A stretch of 64,000 nt of DNA, taken from NCBI GenBank assembly GCA_016937255.1, contig JAFGWG010000124.1, positions 1,706 to 65,705 on the forward strand, read 5' to 3'. Below the pieces are notes generated by a model. That model was not told the DNA's origin. It saw nothing but the letters and a program-made list of their open reading frames with translations, and searched no databases. The stretch is from Bacteroidales bacterium. GTDB lineage: Bacteria > Bacteroidota > Bacteroidia > Bacteroidales > DTU049. The stretch's first letter is position 1, and each line of letters starts with the position of its first letter. The translations under genes were made by a program, and so were the position numbers. Shown piece by piece: positions 22,873 to 30,853 of the stretch.

Positions 22873-24258
22873 TTATTTATGCACCTTCCTAACAAATTCA
22901 TCTACCTCTTTTACACCGCCTTGGTAAATCAGATATCCGTTATATGGCTCACGTTCGGTAATTTCATCGTTTATTGGAGTGAGCATAATTCTCTTGACTT
23001 CTTCAGGGTCATTGGTTTGACCTAGTGTCCAGCCCAGTTTAATATAGGCTGTTTCGGGCAACATATTGGCAGCAGGAATAATTCCTTTAGCCATTAAATC
23101 GCGGCCTGTATCATATACAAACATATGAGTGTATCCCCAAAGAGTTTGTACGGTCATAAACATGTGAACCCCTTTTGCATGTGCTCTTTCAATGGCTGGA
23201 TATAGCGGTTTATTAATATGCCCCAAACCTGTTCCTGCAATAATAATTCCTTTATAACCAGCATCTACCAATGCATCAATTACATCGGGTTGCATATTTG
23301 GATAATAATAAACAATAGTAACTTTTTCCTCAAAATAAGGCATGATTTTTACCTGTTTATCTTTACGACGAGGCTTATAATCTTGTTTAATAGGCACTAC
23401 GCCCTTACGGGTTACTGTTGCTAGTGGAATATCTCCAATCGTTCTGAAAGTAGATCGATATGAAGAGTGCATTTTTCTTACCCTGGTTCCACGATGCAAA
23501 AAGCCATATTCATCAGATGTAGGGCCAAACATACAAACCATTACTTCTGCGATATCTCCATGTCCGGCAGCCGTCATGGCATGCATTAAGTTAAGTGCAG
23601 CATCTGAGCTTGGACGATCAGAAGAGCGCTGAGAACCCACTAAAACGATTGGGATAGGGGAGTTCTGAATCATAAAGGTTAATGCAGCGGCGGTGTGAGA
23701 TAAAGTATCAGTTCCGTGCCCAATTACAATACCATCGATGCCTTTTTCAATTTCTTCTCCAATAGAGATTGCCAGTTTTTTATACTGTTCGGGGCCCATG
23801 TTTTCGCTAAAAACAGCAAATAGCTTATCAGTTGTAAGGTTGCAAATATCGGCCAACTCAGGAACAGCTCCGTATAGTTCTCCCGGAGTAAATGCAGGAA
23901 TTACCGCCCCTGTACGATAATCGAGACGCGAAGCAATGGTTCCACCAGTTCCAAGTAGCTTTATTTTTGGTAACCCCTCTGTTATAGGAAATTCTTTTTC
24001 CGGAATCTGGTAATTGGCCTTTTTATAGCCTGTTTCCTTCATCCCTGTTACAGTGCCAGTGTCGATACCAATATTATAACCAGTGATAATTTTTAAAACG
24101 ATATGTTTATCATCGTCATTTTCAGACCTGGGAAGCACTGTCCCCTTAAAATCACCACGCGTAGTTTGAATTTCCGCCTGACCCCATACTCGTACCTGAT
24201 ATTTCTTAAGTAAGTCTAATGCCTCACCTTTATATCCCTGAAAAAAATCTTCACTCAT
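22873..24258 (-). CDS. gatD: Archaeal-type Glu-tRNA(Gln) amidotransferase subunit D (GatD)
   Basis: 461 aa. Has a GatD-specific N-terminal domain (DDKHIVLKIITGYNIGI) followed by an asparaginase-type core: GTGGTIASRLDYRTGAV, GHGTDTL, GSQRSSDRPSSDAALN, VRKMHSS, GTGLGH. Its start overlaps the gatE stop (TAATG). Confidence 0.85.
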   Translation of the reverse strand: MSEDFFQGYKGEALDLLKKYQVRVWGQAEIQTTRGDFKGTVLPRSENDDDKHIVLKIITGYNIGIDTGTVTGMKETGYKKANYQIPEKEFPITEGLPKIKLLGTGGTIASRLDYRTGAVIPAFTPGELYGAVPELADICNLTTDKLFAVFSENMGPEQYKKLAISIGEEIEKGIDGIVIGHGTDTLSHTAAALTFMIQNSPIPIVLVGSQRSSDRPSSDAALNLMHAMTAAGHGDIAEVMVCMFGPTSDEYGFLHRGTRVRKMHSSYRSTFRTIGDIPLATVTRKGVVPIKQDYKPRRKDKQVKIMPYFEEKVTIVYYYPNMQPDVIDALVDAGYKGIIIAGTGLGHINKPLYPAIERAHAKGVHMFMTVQTLWGYTHMFVYDTGRDLMAKGIIPAANMLPETAYIKLGWTLGQTNDPEEVKRIMLTPINDEITEREPYNGYLIYQGGVKEVDEFVRKVHK

Positions 24259-26255
24259 TATTCTGAAATTTTCTGTTTAACAACTTGATACAAGTTCTCA
24301 AGTCCCATGTTTCCATAGGCCATTCTCGACAATTGACCCATTATCCAATCGATTCGATTTTCTGTTGAATCACTATAGCAAATAGAGCTAAATTTTTCGC
24401 TAAGGAAATCGATCTTCTCCGTAATTTCGTCTTGCTGACGTTCTTTAAATTTAATACTGGTAAGAACAGATTCAAGCTCCATTTTTGGATAATGATACAG
24501 GACAGGAAGCATTTTGTATGCTAGTTTTAAGTTGTAATTTTTCTTTTTTAGAAATACCAGCAGATCTTCAATAATTTCATAATTGAAACCTTCTCCTTTT
24601 TCAAAATGACCTTCTACCCATTTCATACGATGGCCAATAAAATTACCCAGCCATTTGGGAGAGATTTTATGCTTTTTTGAAATAGTATCAATAATTGGGA
24701 AAAGATTGCGCTTAAAAATATAATTATAAGTGCTTTCTGCAACACCCCATTCTTTTAGTTGGTTATAACGGGCAACCACATCTGTGGGCAAGCCTTTGCT
24801 TAATTCATCAATAACTTCATTGGTTAATGGAATTGGTGCTGAATCGGTATCAGGATACATACGGTCGGCTCCAGGCAATACCCTTTCAAAAATAGTTGTG
24901 CCGTTTTCAAAACTTTTTCTGGTTTCTTCCGGAACACCTTCAAAGGCCATTTTACAACGCTCTTCAATGGTTTCCAAAGCGGTTTTCATATCCTCTTCCG
25001 GACCCCAAACTATAAGTTGAGCATCATCTGGCCCGGCATTGAGCATAGGAGCAATAATGTCAAGATCAAGATCGGTAATAATCGGCTCAAACTGCTCGGT
25101 ATGTAGCAGATTTGGCTTTTCGAGACATGCCACAACTTTTAATCGATCACTGATTTCATCAGCAAACATTTTCCCGGGTTGAGTAAAATGACTCATAATG
25201 CCTTTGAATCCGGGAAGATTTACTGCCACTAGTTTTTCACCACTATCTTTTGCAACTTTTAAAGGCTCATAAGTGATTTCAAACATGTCAAAATCAAGGA
25301 AGCCATGGCTCATTTCCCAAGCTTTATAATCAGCAAATTTCGATTGAAGCTTTTCTCTAATTTTCAACAATGCCCACTGGCGAAAACACTCATTATGAGT
25401 AAGTTCTGGAATCCATTTCGTATGTGCAACACCCTTAATTTCTACACGAGTACCGCCTTTACAACTCACATTCACATCCTCACGACCTGCACCCATCCCA
25501 ACGCGAACTTTTCCGGTACTACGATTTAGAAAGCGAATATAATTACAAGCTTCCATCACCTCATCGGGATTTACCATATCGGGATAAGTTACCGTTTCAA
25601 TCAAAGGCATACCCAAACGATCGGTTTTGTAAACACGAGTATGACCGATATCGCTGATTTCACGACAACTATCTTCTTCAATACTCAATTGAATCAGGCG
25701 AACATTTTTATTTTTCAATGGAATTTCACCTTCAACCCCAATAATGGCTGTACGCTGAAATCCTGTTGGAATACTTCCATCTAAATACTGTTTACGGGTT
25801 ATGTGAACTTCACCAACAATATTCAATTTCGAAAGCAGACTTATTTCAATAGCGATATCGAGTGCCTGTCTGTTTATGGGAAATGGTGGAGTATCATCCA
25901 CTTCGTATGTACATGTAGTTTGATGCTTCAAACGATATACAATTTCCTTACGGGTTTTAAATTCCATTAAAGCGGTACCATCATACTCTCCCAGCTCGCT
26001 TAGCGTTGGGCGCATATGACGAATTACTTCTGCATCGTAATCATCACTATCGTGAAAACGACCTGCAGGGCAATTGCAAAAAAGTTTTTTATCCGTTAGT
26101 AATTGCTGATGAACCTCTAGCCCCGACATAAAGCCTATATCATCATAGGTTTTTTGCGTAGCTTCCTTTCTTGGCACATAAGAAACCTCTTTCTTAGTCT
26201 TTTCGTAATTCGCTCTCGGATCAAAGTGGTTTTCCATTTTCTGATAATTATACAT
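24258..26255 (-). CDS. gatE: Archaeal-type Glu-tRNA(Gln) amidotransferase subunit E (GatE)
   Basis: 665 aa. Motifs GLEVHQQLLTDKKLFCNCP, EVDDTPPFP, GFQRTAIIG, DRLGMPLIETVT, VEIKGV, and a PEETRK...MYPDTD region, collinear with archaeal GatE as I remember it. Confidence 0.85.
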   Translation of the reverse strand: MYNYQKMENHFDPRANYEKTKKEVSYVPRKEATQKTYDDIGFMSGLEVHQQLLTDKKLFCNCPAGRFHDSDDYDAEVIRHMRPTLSELGEYDGTALMEFKTRKEIVYRLKHQTTCTYEVDDTPPFPINRQALDIAIEISLLSKLNIVGEVHITRKQYLDGSIPTGFQRTAIIGVEGEIPLKNKNVRLIQLSIEEDSCREISDIGHTRVYKTDRLGMPLIETVTYPDMVNPDEVMEACNYIRFLNRSTGKVRVGMGAGREDVNVSCKGGTRVEIKGVAHTKWIPELTHNECFRQWALLKIREKLQSKFADYKAWEMSHGFLDFDMFEITYEPLKVAKDSGEKLVAVNLPGFKGIMSHFTQPGKMFADEISDRLKVVACLEKPNLLHTEQFEPIITDLDLDIIAPMLNAGPDDAQLIVWGPEEDMKTALETIEERCKMAFEGVPEETRKSFENGTTIFERVLPGADRMYPDTDSAPIPLTNEVIDELSKGLPTDVVARYNQLKEWGVAESTYNYIFKRNLFPIIDTISKKHKISPKWLGNFIGHRMKWVEGHFEKGEGFNYEIIEDLLVFLKKKNYNLKLAYKMLPVLYHYPKMELESVLTSIKFKERQQDEITEKIDFLSEKFSSICYSDSTENRIDWIMGQLSRMAYGNMGLENLYQVVKQKISE

Positions 26256-26383
26256 TGTGACCTGTACCTTACAAGTGATTTATTCCCCAAAAGTATAATA
26301 AATCGTCAAATAATAATAATCTTGGTGTAAAAATTGTTTCATTCTAAAGAATTCCTAATTTTACACTATAGAAATAAAAAAAC

Positions 26384-27748
26384 ATGCGTATCCTATCAGC
26401 CATTCTATTTACCTTTTTCTGGGGGATGATTTTTGCTCAATCTGGGCCGGCGTTTATCCTGAAAGGAGAAATCGAGAATTTTCAACGTCCCGAAACATTT
26501 TATTTGCTTAGCGTAAGAGGTTCTGCCATGGAAGTTGCAGACAGCATGCATAGCGAAAACGGGAAATTTCTTTTCATTGCCGATTCCATTTTGCCAACAG
26601 GTGAATACAATATTTTTTGGGGAGATGACAATATTTTACCCGTACTTATTGCCGGCGAAAAATACATTGAAATTCATGCCGATGAGCTGGAGCCATCTTT
26701 GTCACCAAAATGCATTGCTTCCGAAGAAAATAAAATTTATTACCTCTTTAAAAATATTGAATACAGAATCGACAGTCTTATTTATATCGGCGATTATTAT
26801 TACCAGGAGGGAATGTTTGAGAAACTTAATGAACTGCAGGAACTCATGTCTGATCTTGAAAAAGAAGCGATGAACTCTGCAGATTCAATTACTGCAATAC
26901 ACCCAAATTCTTTTGCCTTGAAAATTTTCAAAGCTTCTATTCCCCCAAATTTTTACGTATATCAAAAAGAGCACCCTGATCATGGATTTGAAAATGAAAC
27001 AGATTTTCTCCGCAGACATTATTTCGATAATATAGACAAAAACGATAGTAATTTGGTTCATACCGGAATACTATATGATGCTTGTAGTTTTTATATTCGC
27101 AACCTCACCAAAGAAAAATCGATAGAAGGTTATCAGAAAGCTTCCGATTTTATTATTTCCAGCTTTTCGCTCAATGATGCACAGTTTGAATATGTAGTAG
27201 AACTTCTGCTTAATACTTTCGAATCGGCTGATATGGGAGAAGTGTATCTTTATATTTTCGACACCTATTTGGAAACCTGCCACGATGGAATTCCCGGCGA
27301 GGAAGAACGCAAAGCGCTGGCTTTCAAAAACCTGAAAAAAGGCAGTTCTGCTCCCGAACTTAGTGCCGCCGATCGAGATGGGAAAATACATTCCTTAAGC
27401 GATTATAAAGGCAAAGTTTGTATTTTGATGTTTTGGGCAAGCACCTGCTCGCACTGCGAAGAAGCCATGCCACATGTTGTTGATTTTGTGAATAAGGAAA
27501 ACAATGCAGATTTGGTTTTTCTCAGCTTTTCACTCGATACTAATCAAGATCAATGGATTAATGGTTTGTTGCGCAACGAAATGCCAGAGCCGGCTTTGAG
27601 CGATTTAAAAGGTTTTGATGGTGAAAATGCATTGAACTGGTATATTTGGGCAACACCAACCTTTTTTATCATAGACCAGGAAGGAAAAATTTACAGCAAA
27701 CCCATGACTTTAAGCCAAATGGAGGCTGCGGTTGGGGAATTGTTATAA
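26384..27748 (+). CDS. Secreted TlpA/AhpC-like thiol-disulfide oxidoreductase with a large N-terminal domain
   Basis: Signal peptide present. The C-terminal thioredoxin fold carries a WASTCSHC (CxxC) motif preceded by GKVCILMFW. Confidence 0.7.
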   Translation: MRILSAILFTFFWGMIFAQSGPAFILKGEIENFQRPETFYLLSVRGSAMEVADSMHSENGKFLFIADSILPTGEYNIFWGDDNILPVLIAGEKYIEIHADELEPSLSPKCIASEENKIYYLFKNIEYRIDSLIYIGDYYYQEGMFEKLNELQELMSDLEKEAMNSADSITAIHPNSFALKIFKASIPPNFYVYQKEHPDHGFENETDFLRRHYFDNIDKNDSNLVHTGILYDACSFYIRNLTKEKSIEGYQKASDFIISSFSLNDAQFEYVVELLLNTFESADMGEVYLYIFDTYLETCHDGIPGEEERKALAFKNLKKGSSAPELSAADRDGKIHSLSDYKGKVCILMFWASTCSHCEEAMPHVVDFVNKENNADLVFLSFSLDTNQDQWINGLLRNEMPEPALSDLKGFDGENALNWYIWATPTFFIIDQEGKIYSKPMTLSQMEAAVGELL

Positions 27749-27865
27749 TGTATTTGGACCGACCCAAAATAATGGCAACGCTACTAAACCCTAAGCATAG
27801 ATTCCGTTGGGAGAGCTAATATAGTGAGTTTTTTTGAAATTGGTTTTACAATATTGGGAGAATTA

Positions 27866-28016
27866 AAAAAGCCTGTCTTGCATCTTCGAGCATCATGCGC
27901 AGCTTGATCTCGGAGCATGCATAAAGTTAAGCCTAAGGGCTATCTGATTTCATGCGAAGCGATCCGCCTTCACCACCATCAACGGATGCGCTCCGATGAA
28001 GGATTATCAATCTGTG
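27866..28016. repeat. Copy 1 of a ~150-nt structured direct repeat (candidate ncRNA or cis-regulatory element)
   Basis: Near-identical to 28111-28259. It holds a 16-bp hairpin at 27879-27921 with two single-C bulges. An 8-bp stem at 27959-27991 has a loop (CCTTCA) that can pair with TGAAGG at 27997-28002. Confidence 0.7.
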
Positions 28017-28050
28017 GTTTAAGAGGTAACTTGGGCTTCAGTAAATAGTT

Positions 28051-28075
28051 TCGGCGTAGATGGATTCTACGCCGA
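28051..28075. other. 10-bp GC-rich hairpin between the two repeat copies
   Basis: TCGGCGTAGA / tggat loop / TCTACGCCGA. No adjacent T or A run. Confidence 0.6.
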
Positions 28076-28110
28076 GGGGGGACTTGGAGACTTCTGAAAT
28101 CTATTCGTTG

Positions 28111-28259
28111 AAAAAGCCTTTCTTGCATCTTCGAACATCATGCGCAGCTTGATCTCGGAGCATGCATAAAGTTAAGCCTAAGGCTATTTAATTTCATGCG
28201 AAGCGATCCGCCTTCACCACCATCAACGGATACGCTCCGATGAAGGAATTTAATCTGTG
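28111..28259. repeat. Copy 2 of the ~150-nt structured direct repeat
   Basis: Aligns by eye to copy 1 with about ten differences, including two 1-nt indels. The period is 245 nt. Confidence 0.7.
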
Positions 28260-28277
28260 TTCCAAAAAAATCAGTGC

Positions 28278-28295
28278 ATCCGATAGCTATCGGAT
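28278..28295. promoter_or_regulatory. 18-bp perfect palindrome ATCCGATAG|CTATCGGAT (candidate operator or hairpin)
   Basis: Perfect dyad symmetry read directly. It lies 71 nt upstream of the nuoE-like ATG at 28366. Confidence 0.4.
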
Positions 28296-28365
28296 AGTGG
28301 CTAAGATAAATTCACAAAACACCATTTCAAAAAAAATCTTTATCTTTATATGAAAATCTTTAGAT

Positions 28366-28830
28366 ATGAAATACGAGGCTGGTTTGCAAAAAGACAGAGC
28401 TGAAAAGAAAAGTCTGATTATTGAGCATCTACATTCGCTACAAGATGCCAATCCAAAACAGTTTTTAAGCGAAGACGACCTTAAAAAATGCGCCAAAGAA
28501 TTCAACCTTACCATGGCAGAAGTTTATGGAATTGCCAGCTACTATTCCATGTTCAGCCTCAAGCCCAGAGGTAAATATATCATCAGACTTTGCAAATCAT
28601 CGGTTTGCCATATGATGGGCGCTGAAAACATGGCTTCAAAAATTGAATCTCTTTGCAAAACCAAATTCGGTAATACATCTGCCAACGACCTTTTTACCCT
28701 CGAATATGCAGAATGCCTCGGACAATGTGAAAAAGCACCAGCCATGATGATCAACAAAAATGTGCATGGATCCCTCAACCCTGAGAGCCTGGAAAAAATC
28801 ATTGAAAATCTGAAAAAAGAAAACGCATGA
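28366..28830 (+). CDS. NuoE/HoxE-like thioredoxin-fold [2Fe-2S] ferredoxin subunit
   Basis: 154 aa. Cys pattern C-x4-C (CKSSVC) ... C-x3-C (CLGQC), typical of NuoE/24-kDa subunits. It overlaps the next gene by 4 nt (ATGA). Confidence 0.8.
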   Translation: MKYEAGLQKDRAEKKSLIIEHLHSLQDANPKQFLSEDDLKKCAKEFNLTMAEVYGIASYYSMFSLKPRGKYIIRLCKSSVCHMMGAENMASKIESLCKTKFGNTSANDLFTLEYAECLGQCEKAPAMMINKNVHGSLNPESLEKIIENLKKENA

Positions 28831-30044
28831 TTGCTGAAAAAAGAATAAGTCTGGCTCGTATTGAAAAAATTAATGCCGATAGCATTGATGATTCTTTGAA
28901 AGCCGGCGCCTACAATGGTTTGAAAAAGGCCTTAACGATGAATCCGGAGGAGATGATCGAAAAATTCGAAAAATCTGGTCTTCGTGGGCGTGGCGGAGCA
29001 GGATTTCCAACCGGACTTAAGCAAAAATTTACCCGCAGTTCTTGCTTAGATTGTGAAAAATACATCATTTGCAATGCCGATGAAGGCGAGCCGGGCACTT
29101 TTAAAGATAGAGTTATCATGGAGCGCGACCCGCACATGCTTATTGAAGGCATGATAATCGCCGCTTATGTAATTGGTGCATCACGAGGTTTTATTTATAT
29201 CAGAGGGGAATACCAACGATCCATTGAGGTGCTTCAAAAAGCCATTGAGGATTCAAACAAAAATGGTTTTTTAGGAGAAAATGTTCTCGGATCGGGGTTC
29301 AATTTCAATCTGGAATTACGCTTAGGTGCGGGATCATATCTTTGCGGAGAAGAGCTCACACTATTAGAATCTTTGGAAGGAAAACGCGGCTATCCAAGAA
29401 TAAAACCTCCTTTTCCAGCCCAAAAAGGACTTTGGGAATCGCCCACATTAATTAATAATGTCGAAACTTTCTCTCATTTACCTGCAATTCTGAATGAAGG
29501 TTTAGATTGGTACACTTCTTTGGGAACTGAAGAAAGCAAAGGAACCAAAATATTTACAATCACGGGAAGAGTTCAAAAACCGGGCTTTTACGAAATGGAA
29601 ATGGGGTGTACTCTTCGCGAACTACTCTTTGACATAGCCGGTGGTATGAAAGACGGCTATGAATTCAAAGGAGCATTGCTAGGCGGAGCTGCCGGGACCT
29701 TTGTTGACGAAAGTTTTCTGGATATTCCTCTTGCCTACGAAACTTTGAAAGCTCGCGGCGCTACACTTGGTTCAGGAGCTATTCTGGTTTTGGACCAGGA
29801 AACAGATATGCCATCATTATTGCATAATCTTATGGATTTCTTTAAGCATGAAAGCTGTGGAAAATGCGTTCCTTGTCGTGTAGGAACAACCATGCTCACA
29901 GAAATGGCCGCCAAACTTAAAAATGAACCGGAATTAATTCACAAAATGACAAAAGAAGCGCACTATATGGCAGAAACTTCACTTTGTCCGCTAGGGCAAA
30001 GCCCGATATTGCCTTTGAAATCGTATCGTGAGTATTACAGCTAA
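28827..30044 (+). CDS. NuoF/HoxF-like NAD(H)- and FMN-binding [4Fe-4S] subunit
   Basis: 405 aa. Motifs GLRGRGGAGFPTGLK, CNADEGEPGTFKDR, and ESCGKCVPCRVGT...SLCPLG (N3-cluster cysteines). Confidence 0.85.
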   Translation: MIAEKRISLARIEKINADSIDDSLKAGAYNGLKKALTMNPEEMIEKFEKSGLRGRGGAGFPTGLKQKFTRSSCLDCEKYIICNADEGEPGTFKDRVIMERDPHMLIEGMIIAAYVIGASRGFIYIRGEYQRSIEVLQKAIEDSNKNGFLGENVLGSGFNFNLELRLGAGSYLCGEELTLLESLEGKRGYPRIKPPFPAQKGLWESPTLINNVETFSHLPAILNEGLDWYTSLGTEESKGTKIFTITGRVQKPGFYEMEMGCTLRELLFDIAGGMKDGYEFKGALLGGAAGTFVDESFLDIPLAYETLKARGATLGSGAILVLDQETDMPSLLHNLMDFFKHESCGKCVPCRVGTTMLTEMAAKLKNEPELIHKMTKEAHYMAETSLCPLGQSPILPLKSYREYYS

Positions 30045-30853
30045 TCCCCCGCCACTCCAATATATTCCACTACACCACCACAGCTAAAAAAGCCTGCCCC
30101 GTTATTGCTTACATTTCCAATTGTATTTGCAGGAATCATGTTCACCAACCCGTTATTAAACTGTGTTTCAATAAGAATTTCACGCAAAAATGCGGCATAT
30201 TCCTGTGAAATACTATATCGGCGTTCTCTAATTTTTGTGCCTTTTGGAATAATCACATTCTGATCAGGACCCGTGAGAAATTGCCCTACATCTAATGAAG
30301 TAAGGGTATAATAATACAGTGTTTTTTGGGCATAAGCACTATCAAACCCATCTAGATGACGCCAATCCAATAAAACTTCATACAATGCCGGATTATTTGG
30401 ACTATAGTTTGAACAAACCCACGAGATACGGTATGTACTGTCGTCGTCATTATATAAACTCAATTGTAATGGAGAGAACAATACCGCAGGCAAAAGGGTA
30501 TCTGAAGCAAAATATGATTTAGAATTGTATTGAACTTCTAAAGTATATTTTTTATTCACTATGCCATACACAGTAGAATCTGTGAGATAATAGCCCGGTC
30601 TTAGAGGATCTTCCTGAAGCACAAATATGGTATCTGGGCCATGAATTTGAACCACTGCTCCGGTTAAGGGTAAAATTCCTTGTTCCAGATCAGGCGAAGG
30701 CAAACTCAGTAAAACCTCATGCGATTTGCTTTCATTTGTAAACATGGCATCTACAACAATGTCGGGCAAAGGTCCTTCATCAAAAGTCCAATCCTGCTGC
30801 TTTTCACAAGAAAAGAAAATGAAAATCATTGCTATGTAAACCCATTTTTTCAT
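30041..30853 (-). CDS. DUF4249-like lipoprotein partnered with the TonB receptor
   Basis: Signal plus lipobox (FFSCEK). Its start overlaps the upstream receptor gene by 4 nt. TBDR/DUF4249 pairs are common in Bacteroidota; the family assignment is from memory of that architecture. Confidence 0.5.
   Translation of the reverse strand: MKKWVYIAMIFIFFSCEKQQDWTFDEGPLPDIVVDAMFTNESKSHEVLLSLPSPDLEQGILPLTGAVVQIHGPDTIFVLQEDPLRPGYYLTDSTVYGIVNKKYTLEVQYNSKSYFASDTLLPAVLFSPLQLSLYNDDDSTYRISWVCSNYSPNNPALYEVLLDWRHLDGFDSAYAQKTLYYYTLTSLDVGQFLTGPDQNVIIPKGTKIRERRYSISQEYAAFLREILIETQFNNGLVNMIPANTIGNVSNNGAGFFSCGGVVEYIGVAGD

Noticed and set aside
27866-28259. Possible CRISPR array or tandem-repeat satellite
   Set aside because: There are only two copies, each ~150 nt long with a 245-nt period, which is far from CRISPR repeat/spacer geometry. 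No cas genes are in the window.
27749-28365. Known riboswitch classes (cobalamin, Moco, ZTP, fluoride, glycine, Mn2+)
   Set aside because: I compared the region from memory with the conserved cores of these classes and found no convincing match. This is weak negative evidence, and cmscan is needed.
28287-28514. 75-aa minus-strand ORF spanning the palindrome and the nuoE-like start
   Set aside because: It is antisense to a well-supported CDS, and its sequence is low-complexity and Cys/Ser-rich with no motif. It is most likely a chance ORF.
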